Below are positions 27,950-38,845 of a stretch of 64,000 bases of DNA, piece by piece; the first letter of the stretch is position 1, and each line of letters starts with the position of its first letter. Source of the stretch: Octopus vulgaris (lineage: Eukaryota); assembly GCA_951406725.2 (NCBI GenBank), contig OX597822.1, positions 38,502,001 to 38,566,000 of the forward strand. The letters run 5' to 3'. Below the pieces are notes generated by a model. That model worked only from the letters and a program-made list of their open reading frames with translations, was not told the origin of the DNA and did not search any database. The position numbers and the translations under genes are program-made.

Positions 27950-28384
27950 CTTAAGACAGTGAGCTGGCAGAATCATAAGCATGCTGGACAAAATGCTTAA
28001 TGGTATTTCGTCCATCTTTACAGTCTAAGCTCAAATTCCATTGAGGTCAACTTTGCCTTTCATCCTTTCGGGGTCAATAAAATAAGCACCAGTTGAGTAC
28101 TGGGGTCACTGTTACTGACATGGCCCCTTCCCTGGACTTCTTAACCTTGTCCCAAAATTTGAAACCATTGGCGAGCTGGCAGAACCATTAGCATGCTGGG
28201 CCAAATGCTCAGTGGCATTTTGTCTGTCTTTACATTTCCAAGTTCAAATACCACTGAGGTTGACTTTGCCTTTCATCCTTTCAGGGTCGATAAATTAAGT
28301 ACCAGTTGCATACTGGTGTCGATCTAATCAGCTGGTCCCCTCCCCCAAAAATTTCGGGCCTTGTGCCTAGAGTAGAAAAATTGC

Positions 28385-28426
<42 letters not shown>

Positions 28427-28639
28427 GGTGATAAGTTGGCAGAGTCTTTAGCGTGCTGGATGAAATGCTTAGTGGTATTTCACCTGTTGCTATGTTCTGA
28501 GTTCAATTTCAGCTGAGGCCAACTTTGCCTTTCATCTTTTCAGGGTCGATGAAATAAGTACCAGTTGAACACTAGGGGTCAATGTAATCAACTAGTCCCC
28601 TCCCCACAAATTACAAGCCTTGTGCCTTTAGTAGAAAGG

Positions 28640-28670
<31 letters not shown>
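27950..28670 (+). mobile_element. Three tandem SINE A copies with (ATT)n tails
   Basis: Heads at about 27955, 28170 and 28425, each with the full core. Confidence 0.85.
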
Positions 28671-28672
<2 letters not shown>

Positions 28673-29555
28673 TACAAGATGGCAGTGAAGAGGGTATAAA
28701 AGTAATGTTCTGTTGTCTTACAGTACAGAATCTGGCTAGAAGAGACAGGGACCGCAGTGTGGTGTCTCACAGTACAGCACAACACCAAATTGCATTTTTG
28801 TGCCAACATTCGAAATTATGAATGTTGTTGTTTCTGTTGATGTATTACCAAGTTGTATATTTGGAACACTGATTTGGTCTGTCATCAGCTAAAAGACCTC
28901 TCTCTCTCTCACACACATCGACAAACAAGTATATTGCATTTAAATGTCACAGTTTATGACTTAATATCAAATGTAGGAAGTGGAGAAGTTCTTCACAGCT
29001 TCATCACTTCTCAACACTGTACGGAAACCAGCAGTTTTCTATCCCTAATACACAACATCCATTCTTCTTCAGTATAAGGACCCTCTCACATCCATAAGTG
29101 GCTTTCACTTCTGGTCATTGATCAATGACCAGGCAAGAACAGATTATGATGGAAACCTCCACAACAAATCATATTTAAATCAACCAAGTCACTAAAATTG
29201 CTGTCTCATAGACACATCATCATACGTCTAGCTATTGCCCCATTGCCCCCACCTGTTGTGGTCTCAAGTGAGTCACTTTGTTTCACACACTAAACAACAG
29301 CCTATCCCATTTGTATGGCCCCCATCCCACTGTAAAAACTTCAAGTCAGAGTATGAGTAATACTCCTTATCTGCTGATGCAATGAGGGAGTATAGATTCT
29401 GTGTTGTTTATCATTCCATCTGTTCATTGTAGGGACCAAATCTCTATATTTCCAGCCTTAAAGTGGAGACTGCACAAGGCAGTAAGTAGCTGAACCCTTA
29501 CCCTCTATAAATTTCTGACTGACATGACAGTAAGGATACATGAGGCCAGGAGTAT

Positions 29556-30040
29556 GATAATAATAATGAAATTATTGTATATAGTGCTCAGGTGCACCAC
29601 AACTTGTCAGAAAGTGCATACAAAGTACATGCAGTAATGCAAAAACGTCTGGAAAGCGAACAGTGTATGAGTCAGACACATGCCCGTGTGTGTATGGAGG
29701 GGAGAAAATCAGGTGTAGTGCCGGCGAACCCCAGAAAGCATGGAAGTTTCGAAGGATGCAGCGCCCCGACAACTAACAACTGATGCCGGCAGCCCGTTCC
29801 ATGCTTCAGCAGCTCTCAGCGTGAAAAAATGTTTCCTGAAGTCATGGGAGCTGTGCTGTCCTCTGACCCTGCAAACATGTCCATGGGTGCCAGATGGGTG
29901 GAGTCTGAAAAGGCGCCCAGAGCCATTGTTTGTACGATGGTTGACAACTTCATGGGTGTCCGCCAAGTCAGCCGCCAGACGTCGGAGCCTCAATGCGTCC
30001 ATGCCCAGGGAAGCAAGGCGCCCAGGACACAGCAAATGCA
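29556..30040 (-). mobile_element. 5'-truncated CR1-clade LINE 3' end, A-to-G hypermutated
   Basis: ORF2 C-terminus (RL..LGMD.L.LRRL..DL...GH...RKHFFTLR..EAWN.LP), then 3' UTR and an (ATT)n tail. Sister copy at 34904-35246. Confidence 0.85.
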
Positions 30041-30469
30041 GCCTTCTCAATGATACAGCAGTTGCATCTTACCTGTGCTGGTGCCATGTAAAAAGCATCC
30101 AGTACACTCTGTAAAGTGGTTGGCATTAGGGGACGGTGTCTAGTCATAGAAACCTTACCAAAACAGACAATTGGAACCTGGTGTAGCTCTCCAGCTTCCC
30201 AGCTCCTGTCAAACTGTCCAACCCATGTTAGCATGGAAAACAGATGTTAATTGATGATGTTGCTCTTACAATAAAGCCTTTAAAAACAGGGACTGCATGA
30301 ACCATTGTGAAGAAATGTGACATAATATACCACCAACGAATTCCCTGTCTTTAAAACTGGAACTACATAAAGAGCAAGGGAGATTTTTAAACATCATCTA
30401 ATATGAATAATCTTGCCTTCTACTCAGCTCAAGGATCTCATCACAGGCTGATGAGACCTGTTACAGGTA

Positions 30470-30720
30470 CCATGTAAATCAGTATTACCTGTTCCATGGT
30501 TGAGTGGTTGGCAACAAAACTGGCTCTTCCCCTCTTGAATGGCTTGTTACTCTTGTGACAGGGATGTCTGAACACCCAGCTGGACTGAAAACAAGACCTG
30601 TTGAAGGGTAGTTGAGCTCCCTGTGGACCAAAATCCACCCAGATGGGGAAGGCAATGGTAAACGACCCCAATATTTTTGCCAAGAAAACACTGTAAGTCA
30701 GAATGAAGTAATGCTATGGC
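30470..30720 (+). mobile_element. Old SINE/LINE remnant with an RTE/BovB-type tail motif
   Basis: ggggaaggcaatggtaaacgaccccaatatttttgccaagaaaac resembles the RTE-associated GGAAGGCAATGGCAAACCAC..CTTGCC motif. Confidence 0.45.
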
Positions 30721-31135
30721 TTCATCATCAATGGGAGAACCTGCCCTGTACTTAATCAGGAAGACTTTTGTTGTAGAGTCATCAACACATGATGATGACG
30801 ATATGTGATGATGATGACAAATCTTGCCATGATATCATCTTCAACAAACGCCTAACTGCTTTTAGAATAGGGAATCAAACATTTGAAGTTCTACAGATGA
30901 CCCCCAATGAGGACTGGTTGAAAATTTGAGTCAAATTAACACACTGGACAAATAAATTATCTGTATGTTGAAGAGACAGCTAATGACCCTATATAATAAG
31001 CCTTAAAAACACACCAATCCTAGTGAGATCCTTAATAAAACAACTCATAAGCCCCATCCATATATAAGATTAATAAGGACAATAACATTCATTCAGTACT
31101 TGCAGAATAAATAGTTGTACTCAACGGACCCCTAA

Positions 31136-31350
31136 CCCTTTTGATACAAATTCATTTGGGACTGTCCCTGGTTCTATGATACAAACTTGCCATTTTAAAG
31201 TGAACCCTTTCATCAAAATTTCATGTTAATTGATGTCCTAAGCACCGGGTTAATAAGGAGAAAGTTGTGTTATGAAAGTTTTCATTATTGTTAAAATCAA
31301 CAGAAAGAAAGACTGTATTTCAAAAAAAAAAAAATAAGGTTATAAAAGGG
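31136..31350. mobile_element. piggyBac-like MITE
   Basis: ccctttttgatac ... ggttataaaaggg. Termini resemble those of the copies at 62016-62479. Confidence 0.55.
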
Positions 31351-31792
31351 TTCGGAGTCTTTAAATCAAGTGATACAGAATCAATGCCCTTTCTCCAGTT
31401 GAGACAATACACGCAGTAAGCCCTGGAAGTGTCCCCAGCAGCAGAGTCAGTGCTAGAGGAATATTAAACTGATAAATCCTCAAAGTACCCACCCACTCTG
31501 TTTAAGTTATACAGAACATAAGAAAAGAAGCCTGTTATATAAGGTTAGCAATTAAAATCCAGCATTGCTCGTTAGTACAACCAACCAGATAAATTAACAA
31601 TGAATATAGGATTATAATTATAATTAGTTGATTATTTAGTTAACACCTTCACTGCAAACTGTAACATTTATTTTGGACTTCAACCACAGCACCCTTATCT
31701 CAGAATATTGTCAGCAAGTACCCGCCTAATTCAAGGGGTACCCAAACAAAGTTTGAGCCTGTTTGATGCTTTCAATATATGGAGATGGGTAT

Positions 31793-32110
31793 GAGACATT
31801 TTGGCACAGCTGTTTTGGTGCTGCCTATTTGGCATTGCCAATTTGGTGCTGAATTCTTCTTGTTTATGTGTGTGAGTGTTATTTCTTAATGTGCATGAAA
31901 AGAGGGAAGGTGTTTAGGTCAATTTTGTCAATTAATAAATTGTAAGGTTTCTCCTCCCTGCTCTCTTTCTACCTGCATGTGCATATTTCTGTGTGTGTGT
32001 GTGTGTATTTGCATACCTCCAGCAGCAAAAAGTACCATTGCCAAAACTGGGTGAATGTCCAGTCAGCTGTGCCAAATCTAAGCATCCACACAGCTGTGCC
32101 AAATTGTCTC
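31793..32110. mobile_element. TIR MITE with subterminal ttggcac/gtgccaa repeats
   Basis: A ~20-bp TIR: gagacattttggcacagctg / cagctgtgccaaattgtctc. Confidence 0.7.
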
Positions 32111-32347
32111 TTTTGGTAAGGGGACTGTACAAGTAGACTTTTAGGCTGCACTCCAGGGGTATATAGGGCTCAGAAAATACACCTACAAAGGGAATATTTT
32201 TCACAGAGGACTGCTTTAATTATTGTACAATATTATAAACACTGTGGGTGAGGAACTTTGCAATGAAAGTGTCTTGAGAAAAAGAGAACAAGAAAAGGAA
32301 GAAAATCCAAAAAAAAAAAAGGATGTTATAGAAGTGAAGGAACTTAC

Positions 32348-32814
32348 TTCAGTTTGGGTGGCAGAAGCTGGCGTCAGTGTGCTCGTACTGCTTGTGCTAC
32401 AGGCGTCTCCAGTGCTCGAGGTATCGGCAGATGAAGACACTGTGGCCATTGATGTGAATGACTCTGAAGACGGCAAAGAAGCATTGTCTGAATAAGCAGA
32501 GTCTGTTTCGGTGATATCCAAGCCGCCATCCGGGAACAGTGACGTAAGCTCAGTGTGCATCCCAAAGAAATCATCGCTTGTGTTAAATCCCAGTCCTTTG
32601 GTGATTTCTGCAGCCAGTGCATCAAGTTCAGCTTGAATTGGGTCGGTCGGTTCATGATGTACCGGAGGATCACTAGAGTTAATTCCTACTGTAGACTGTG
32701 GAGTCGTCGTCGATGGAGCCAGAGACTTTGATATTTCACTCTGTGTCGTATTTAACTGACATTCAAGTTCACAGAGTTCTCCAAGAATAGCATCCAAATT
32801 AACATCTTGATTTT
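32348..32814 (-). CDS. Internal coding exon of an MRL-family adaptor (MIG-10/RIAM/Lamellipodin/pico-like; RA-PH protein), N-terminal region
   Basis: Acceptor is tttttctctttcag|AA (AG at 32816-32815) and donor is GAA|GTAAGT (GT at 32347-32346). The 467-nt exon is open, phase 1 to phase 0, and reads (E)NQDVNLDAILGELCELECQL...ELDALAAEI...ETDSAYSDNASLPSSESFTS...ATQTE. The DLDAILGELC and DSAxSDxxSLxSSES motifs match my recollection of invertebrate MRL N-termini. RA/PH exons were not found in the window. Confidence 0.8.
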
Positions 32815-33362
32815 CTGAAAGAGAAAAACATAGATATTAGGGCCCATGCTTCATGATCAGTGTTGGGGTGAAACTATAAACCAATAAAACTTTATAAATA
32901 TTGTGTATGTGAGTGTAGTGATAGACCTCGTAAGATCTTTGCGTGTGTGATAAACCTTGTAACATCTTCATTTGGAACCTTGTGTGTGTGTTTGTTTACT
33001 GAAAGATTAACATTGAGTTTTATATATCAGCAAAGAAGATACAGTTTTCACCAATTTAACCCCTTTCCACTATGTACAGGCAAATGAATTAAACAACTCT
33101 GTGTCTTATACCAGGACCTTTGCACAACAATATACTCCACAAACCAATAAAACTTTATGTAGCTCCTCAATCTGTCAGGGATAACAGTTCAGTATTATTT
33201 GAATGACAACCTACCAGCTTACAAAATGAAGGACACATTGGGTGACGAAGTCCTACATATACTATGTCAGTATATAAGACTTGAAACACTGATGCCACAA
33301 GTGGCCAAATACCTAAAACACACACACACACACACACACAAACACACATTATATATGTATAT

Positions 33363-33666
33363 ATAGTAAAGTTTAGTTGCCAACAGAAGATGGTGGTCTT
33401 GTAAAGAACGATGTTACTTTTGTTTAAGCCCCAGGAAAACATCATTTCCAGCTGTCTATCAACACACAGTCTGTGTCTGTATACTGTTTGCAAGGGAGGT
33501 CATTGCTCCTATCCAAACTCCTATCCATCGCTCCCTTGCAAACACTACACGGACACAGACTGTGTGTTGATGACCAGCTGGAAAAGATGTTTTCCTGAGG
33601 CTTAAAGAACAGTAACATCATCCTCTATAAGACTGCCACATTCTGTTGGCAAATAAACTTTACTAT
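33363..33666. mobile_element. Palindromic MITE (arms ~136 bp, loop ~32 nt)
   Basis: atagtaaagtttagttgccaacagaa...gtttgcaagggag pairs with ctcccttgcaaac...ttctgttggcaaataaactttactat. Confidence 0.85.
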
Positions 33667-34060
33667 TCGGTTCTGTTACTGTATGTCTCCCACTCAGAGA
33701 TTTAAAACAAGTTGTTCATATATATATATATATATATATATATAGTTGAAATTTACAGAAAAAAAAAACACAAAGACAAGTGTATAAACAACAAGCAGGT
33801 GTATTAGTTTAACACTCAGGAAGGTGAGAAAGTCTTTTACGTTTTGAGCCTATGCTCTTCAATAGAAAGGAACATGAGGAAATAAATAGAGAGAATTAAA
33901 AAAGCTTTTGGAGCTAGCGGTCAATCATATATGTATATATGCGTGTCTGTGTGTGTGTGTATATATATATATATGTATCTGTATATATATATGTATATAC
34001 ATATATATATATATATGTATATGCACCCCCCCATATATATATGTATTTACACACACACAC

Positions 34061-34109
<49 letters not shown>

Positions 34110-34903
34110 GACACAAACGTGGTTGTTGGATAAGAAGCTTGCTGACCGATCACATTGTTTCAGGTTCAGTTCCAGTGCATGGTGCCTTGGGCGAACCCAA
34201 AGCCTTTGATAGATGGAAACTGAAAGAAGCCTGCTGTATGTGTGTGTGTGTGTTACTATCTCCTTGCTTTGGCATCATGTGATAGGTGTAAGTGGGTATC
34301 ACAAGCAGAGTCCTTCATTTCCAATCCTCTGTGAAGACATGTCAGCCACAGGGAAATATTACCTTAGTGAGAAACAGGCCAGGGTTGCTGACAGGAAAGG
34401 TATCCACCTGTAGAGAATCTGTCTCAACTAATTTCATCAAACCCATATGAGCACAAAAATGTAGACATCGATGTTGACGATGATGATATCTATCTATCTA
34501 TCTGTCTATCTATCTATCTACGTATCTATCTATCTGTCTGTCTGTTTCTCTCTTTATATAAACAGATAAAAAATTTAAATAATCTAAAAACAAGCCAAAA
34601 CATAAAACAATCAGAATTTTAAAAAACAGTTGGATTAATCCATTACTAGCACTCAAATAATTATGATAAAACCCCTAATGCTTAAAGACTAATTAATCAA
34701 AATATTAATTCAATATTAAAGAATTTCATATATATATGCACATATGCATGCATGAGTGCCAGTGTAATAGCGCCATATTTGTCTTTAACAGGGAGGTAAC
34801 TCTTTAAAACTACAAGGATAACTTAGGTAAGGTTGGTCATTTAATAAAGATTGATGCTGGGGATAAACTCTCGAAGGAGGTGCTCCAGCATGGCTGCTGT
34901 CCT

Positions 34904-35246
34904 ATAATAATAATAATGAAATTATTGTATACAGTGCTCAGGTGCACCACAACTTGTCAAAAGTGTGTATAAAGCATATGCAGTAATGTACAAATGTCTG
35001 GAACGCGAACAGTGTATGAATCAGATACATGCTTGCGTGTGTATGGAGAGGAGAATATCAGGTGTAGTGTTGGCGAATCTCAAGAAGCATGGAAGTTTTT
35101 AAGGATGCAGTGCTCCGACAACTAACAACTGATGCCGGCAGTTTGTTCCATACTTCAACTCTTAGCGTGAAAAAGTGTTTCCGAAAGTCATGGGAGCTGT
35201 GCTGTTTTCTAACTTTGTAAACAGGTGGAGTTTGAAAAGGTGCTCA
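34904..35246 (-). mobile_element. CR1-clade LINE 3' end (sister of 29556-30040)
   Basis: Same UTR and (ATT)n tail. Encodes ..VYKVRKQHSSHDFRKHFFTLR.EVWNKLPASVVSCRSTASLKTSMLLEIRQHYT*. Confidence 0.85.
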
Positions 35247-35817
35247 TGATCTGGGAATATGTGAAGGTATCTACATGTGATCTTAGTAGACATCTTAGCA
35301 CCTAGAATTGTTAGCATGCTGTATAAAATGCTTAGCAGTGTTTCGTCTGTTTTAATGTTTTGAATTCGAAATTTCACCAAGGCCAACTTTGTCTTTCATT
35401 TTTATGGGTTCCTTCTTTTGTTATTTATTGTTTTTTTCTTTTACTTGTTTCAGTCATTTGATTGCAGCCACGCTGGGGCACCATCTTGAAGGACAGATTT
35501 TTTTAAAGCCTAGCACTTATTCTATCAGTCTCCTTTGCCGAACCGCTAAGTTACGGAGGATGTAAACACTGCAACATCAGTTATCAGGTGGTGGTGGGAG
35601 ACACATACACATACACACATGGCGAGCTTCTTTAAGTTTCCGTCTACCAAATCAAGTCACAAGGCCTTGGTTGGCTTGAGTATATTGTAGAAGACACTTG
35701 CCTAAAGTGCCATGCAGTGGGACTGAACCTGGAATCATGTGGTTGGGAAGCAAGCTTCTTACCATACACCCATGCCTGTGCCTATAATATAAGCGCCAGT
35801 GAAGTCATGGGGGCCAA

Positions 35818-36820
35818 TGTTAGTTAGTTAGTTAATTTGGCTCAAAAGCAAATAGCAAGGTCATGTAGGGGGACATGGAGTTAAGTACAGGGTGGTGTTC
35901 ATGTAAAGAGTTCAGGCCACTTGAGGTCAAGGGAGGCTTTGAACAAAGCGGTCGTTGGCATCTTCACCATCTCGTCTGGCAGCTTGTTCCACGGATCCGC
36001 AACCCGGACGGAGAAAGCTCCTCTCCTTCGATTGAGATGAAATCGTCGCAGGTAGAGCTTTTCGGAATGACCTCGCAGCCGACGCTCTGGAGCAGGAGTG
36101 AAGAACAGCTCTTTCGAGAGGTTACACTTTCTGCTTATGATGTTGTGGGCGAGAATGAGATCACCACGGCGGCGGCGTTTTTCTAGAGAATAAAGGTCGA
36201 GCGTCCTCAGCCTTTCTTCATAGGACAAATTTTTGAGACCATGAACCATGCGGGTAGCCAGCTTCTGGACTCTTTCGAGATGCTGTATGTCTTTGAGGAG
36301 ATAAGGAGAAGAGGCTTGAATCCCGTACTCCAATATGGGTCTCACCAGCATGACATAGAGTGGTAGGAATATGGCAGCTGTGAGCATTCCGAATGACCGT
36401 CGAATCAAGAACAGAATTCCGCGTGCTTTGTTGGCAGCATGGACGCACTGGGCCGAAGGCGAAAAGGAGGAATCCACCAAGATACCCAGGTCCTTTACCT
36501 GATCGGTCCTCTCCAGCAGCAGACGACCCGGCTCGAAATCAAGTTGAGTTGCAGGAGGAGAGCCAACAGGCAGATGACAGCACTTTGACACGTTCAGACA
36601 CAGGACCCATTCGTTAGACCACCTCCAAATTTGGTGGAGGCATCGACGAAGATCCTCTATATCACCGCGAGGAGCGACCAGTTTGATATCGTCGGCAAAT
36701 AGAAGGGTGTGTTGCGTGAGGTCGTCGGGCAAGTCATTTATGAAGACTAAGAACAATAAGGGCCCAAGCACTGAACCTTGAGGCACGCCACTGCTCGCAC
36801 TGGAGACGTCGGACCGCGAC
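35818..36820 (-). mobile_element. Young 5'-truncated CR1-clade LINE with uninterrupted RT C-terminal ORF (35899-36786)
   Basis: PQGSVLGPLLF, FADD, LERVQKLATRMV, YEERLRTLDLYSLEKRRRRGDLI and WNKLP, with no stops over 295 aa. Short 3' UTR ending in (TAAC)n. GC/CpG-rich compared with the flanks. Confidence 0.95.
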
Positions 36821-38469
36821 TTGACTTCCTCCTCCCCTCAAAAACTGCAGGCTCTGAATCAAAATTTGAAATCATTATTATTTCCTGAGGTCGACTTTGC
36901 CTTTCATCCTTTGGGGTCGATAGAATAAGTACCAGTTACACACTGGGGTCGATGTAATCGACTCATCCCCTCCCTCAAAATTGCTGCCCTTGAGGCAAAA
37001 TTTGAAACCATTATTATAATTATAATTATTATTGTTGTTGTTGTTGTTGTTATTATTATTATTATGTGTTACCTGTTCCATCAGTAAAATCGAAAATGTT
37101 AGTATGTGATATACACAGCTGAAACTGTATGTGTAATAAGGTGGGAGTCATGACTGGAACATCTTTAGTCTTATTAACAATTGTCAAAAAGGAGTAGAAC
37201 CTTTTGCACAGACAGTCAGCCTCTGACATATTGAAAAAACATTGTGAGAGTATTGTTTGTGGCCACTTTAATGTGGCTGTCCTCTAAGAGATGGAGATAC
37301 TGCCATTCAATCCCAGGAAGACATCATCTCAAACTGGTTTATTCAGTGCACTTCTCACATGTGATATTTATTGCAAGCGGGAGATAACTCCTGTCACCCT
37401 AGCTCTGAGATCACCAGACCATATGGTTTTCATCTGTATTGGATCTCCTTAGTGGTGAGTATTCGTTTGCCAGGGATGGCAGCAGTTTAAGCTTGCAATA
37501 ATATAGAAAATTCAGTGTCATGCAGTCACAGATTTTGTAACTAGGAAACTAGAGTAAATTTGGTGAAATGGCAGGTCAGTGGTTGAGTTGGTGTGACAGA
37601 TTTAGTGATGCGGAAATGATATTCACAAAAGTAATGTTGATGATGGTGGAGATGGAAGAGATGGTAAAGTTAGTGATGGTGGTGGAGGTAATGGAAGATC
37701 TTACACCATCAAGCATAAAAACACAGCAGGGATTTGGCAGGGTTCTACACATTCTAGGAACAGACTTGGCAATCATAGGTGTTAGTCAATTACATTGATC
37801 TTAGTGATCGTCTGGTACTTAATTTATTGACCCTGAAAAAATGAAAGGCAAATTAGACTTTGGTAGAATTTGAACTCAATGACATGACAAGATATGCCAC
37901 TAAGCATTTTGTCTGATGTGCTAATAATTCTGCTAGTTTGCCATCTTAATCCTCCTCCTCATCATCATCGTCATCATCCGTTTTCCATGCCCTCATGGGT
38001 TGGACGGTTTGGCTGATAACTGGTAAGTTGGGGAGCTGTACCAGATTCCAATCCAATTCGGCATGGTTTCTACAGCTAGTGGTTGTCTTTTGAGATGTGA
38101 CATTGATCAGAGTTGAAACGCTGTTTGATTTTTTTCTTTTCAGCATTGACTGTTCACCATCCCACTTCCATTCACATACCTCCCTTTTACATACACACAC
38201 TGATATGTCCTGCATTATGACGATGTATTTTGTTGTCTGCATGACTGGCCTGAACAGCGTGCCATGCTGATTGACCCTACTTACTGAGTCTGTCCACTAT
38301 TTATTAGTAATGGACCAGTCCACTTCTCACCTAGGTGTCCGCCACAACACACACAAATGCTCCCACTACCAGTTTGCCATCACCGCTTCCTTCCTCATTC
38401 ATCTATCTTTCTCATTCATATGTTGTAGCGGAGAAAAACAAAAGAGTATAATTATAGCAGATTCTTTCT

Positions 38470-38845
38470 ACTATAGACACAAATTTATATTTGACGGCTA
38501 TTTGTCCTCCAGCCTTCATCAGGTGTCTTGGGTAAATTTCGCACCTGGGTTCGTCGTTGTTGTTATTGTCACTGCCTGGAATCAAATTCGGAATCTTGGG
38601 GTTAGTAGCCCACGCTTTTAACCACTAGACCATATGCCCATGGGCAATTATATAGTGAATTTTAGGGCTTATAAATCTAATATTTTTCTATCCTTCCTTA
38701 GGAAAAAATACCTTAGGAATGAAAACCCAGGTTTGAAATTCCTCCAAGACACCTGATGAAAGCTGGAGAGTATATCAGCCAAAATGTTGTGTTAACAACA
38801 AACAAGATGAGGACAAATATCTATCAAATGTAAATAATGTACATA
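38470..38845. mobile_element. Composite repeat: Penelope-like inverted termini around a tRNA-like segment
   Basis: ctccagccttcatcaggtgtcttgg..aaattt..acctgggtt (38498-38552) is inverted against aacccaggtttgaaatt..ccaagacacctgatgaaagctggag (38724-38768). A minus-strand tRNA-like head lies at about 38570-38640. Confidence 0.55.

Noticed and set aside
27528-28015. Glu-rich, Phe-rich and Ser-rich ORFs
   Set aside because: All come from one GAA/GGA repeat tract with no credible splice context.
32216-32347. C-terminal part of the 193-aa ORF (VSSFTSITSFFFF...)
   Set aside because: Read-through into intron after the GTAAGT donor. The listed start is also a TTG inside the exon.
35899-36786. Domesticated or host RT gene, or a bacterial retron-type system
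   Set aside because: It begins mid-RT at a 5' truncation, has a LINE 3' tail and interrupts a SINE, so it is an ordinary CR1 insertion.
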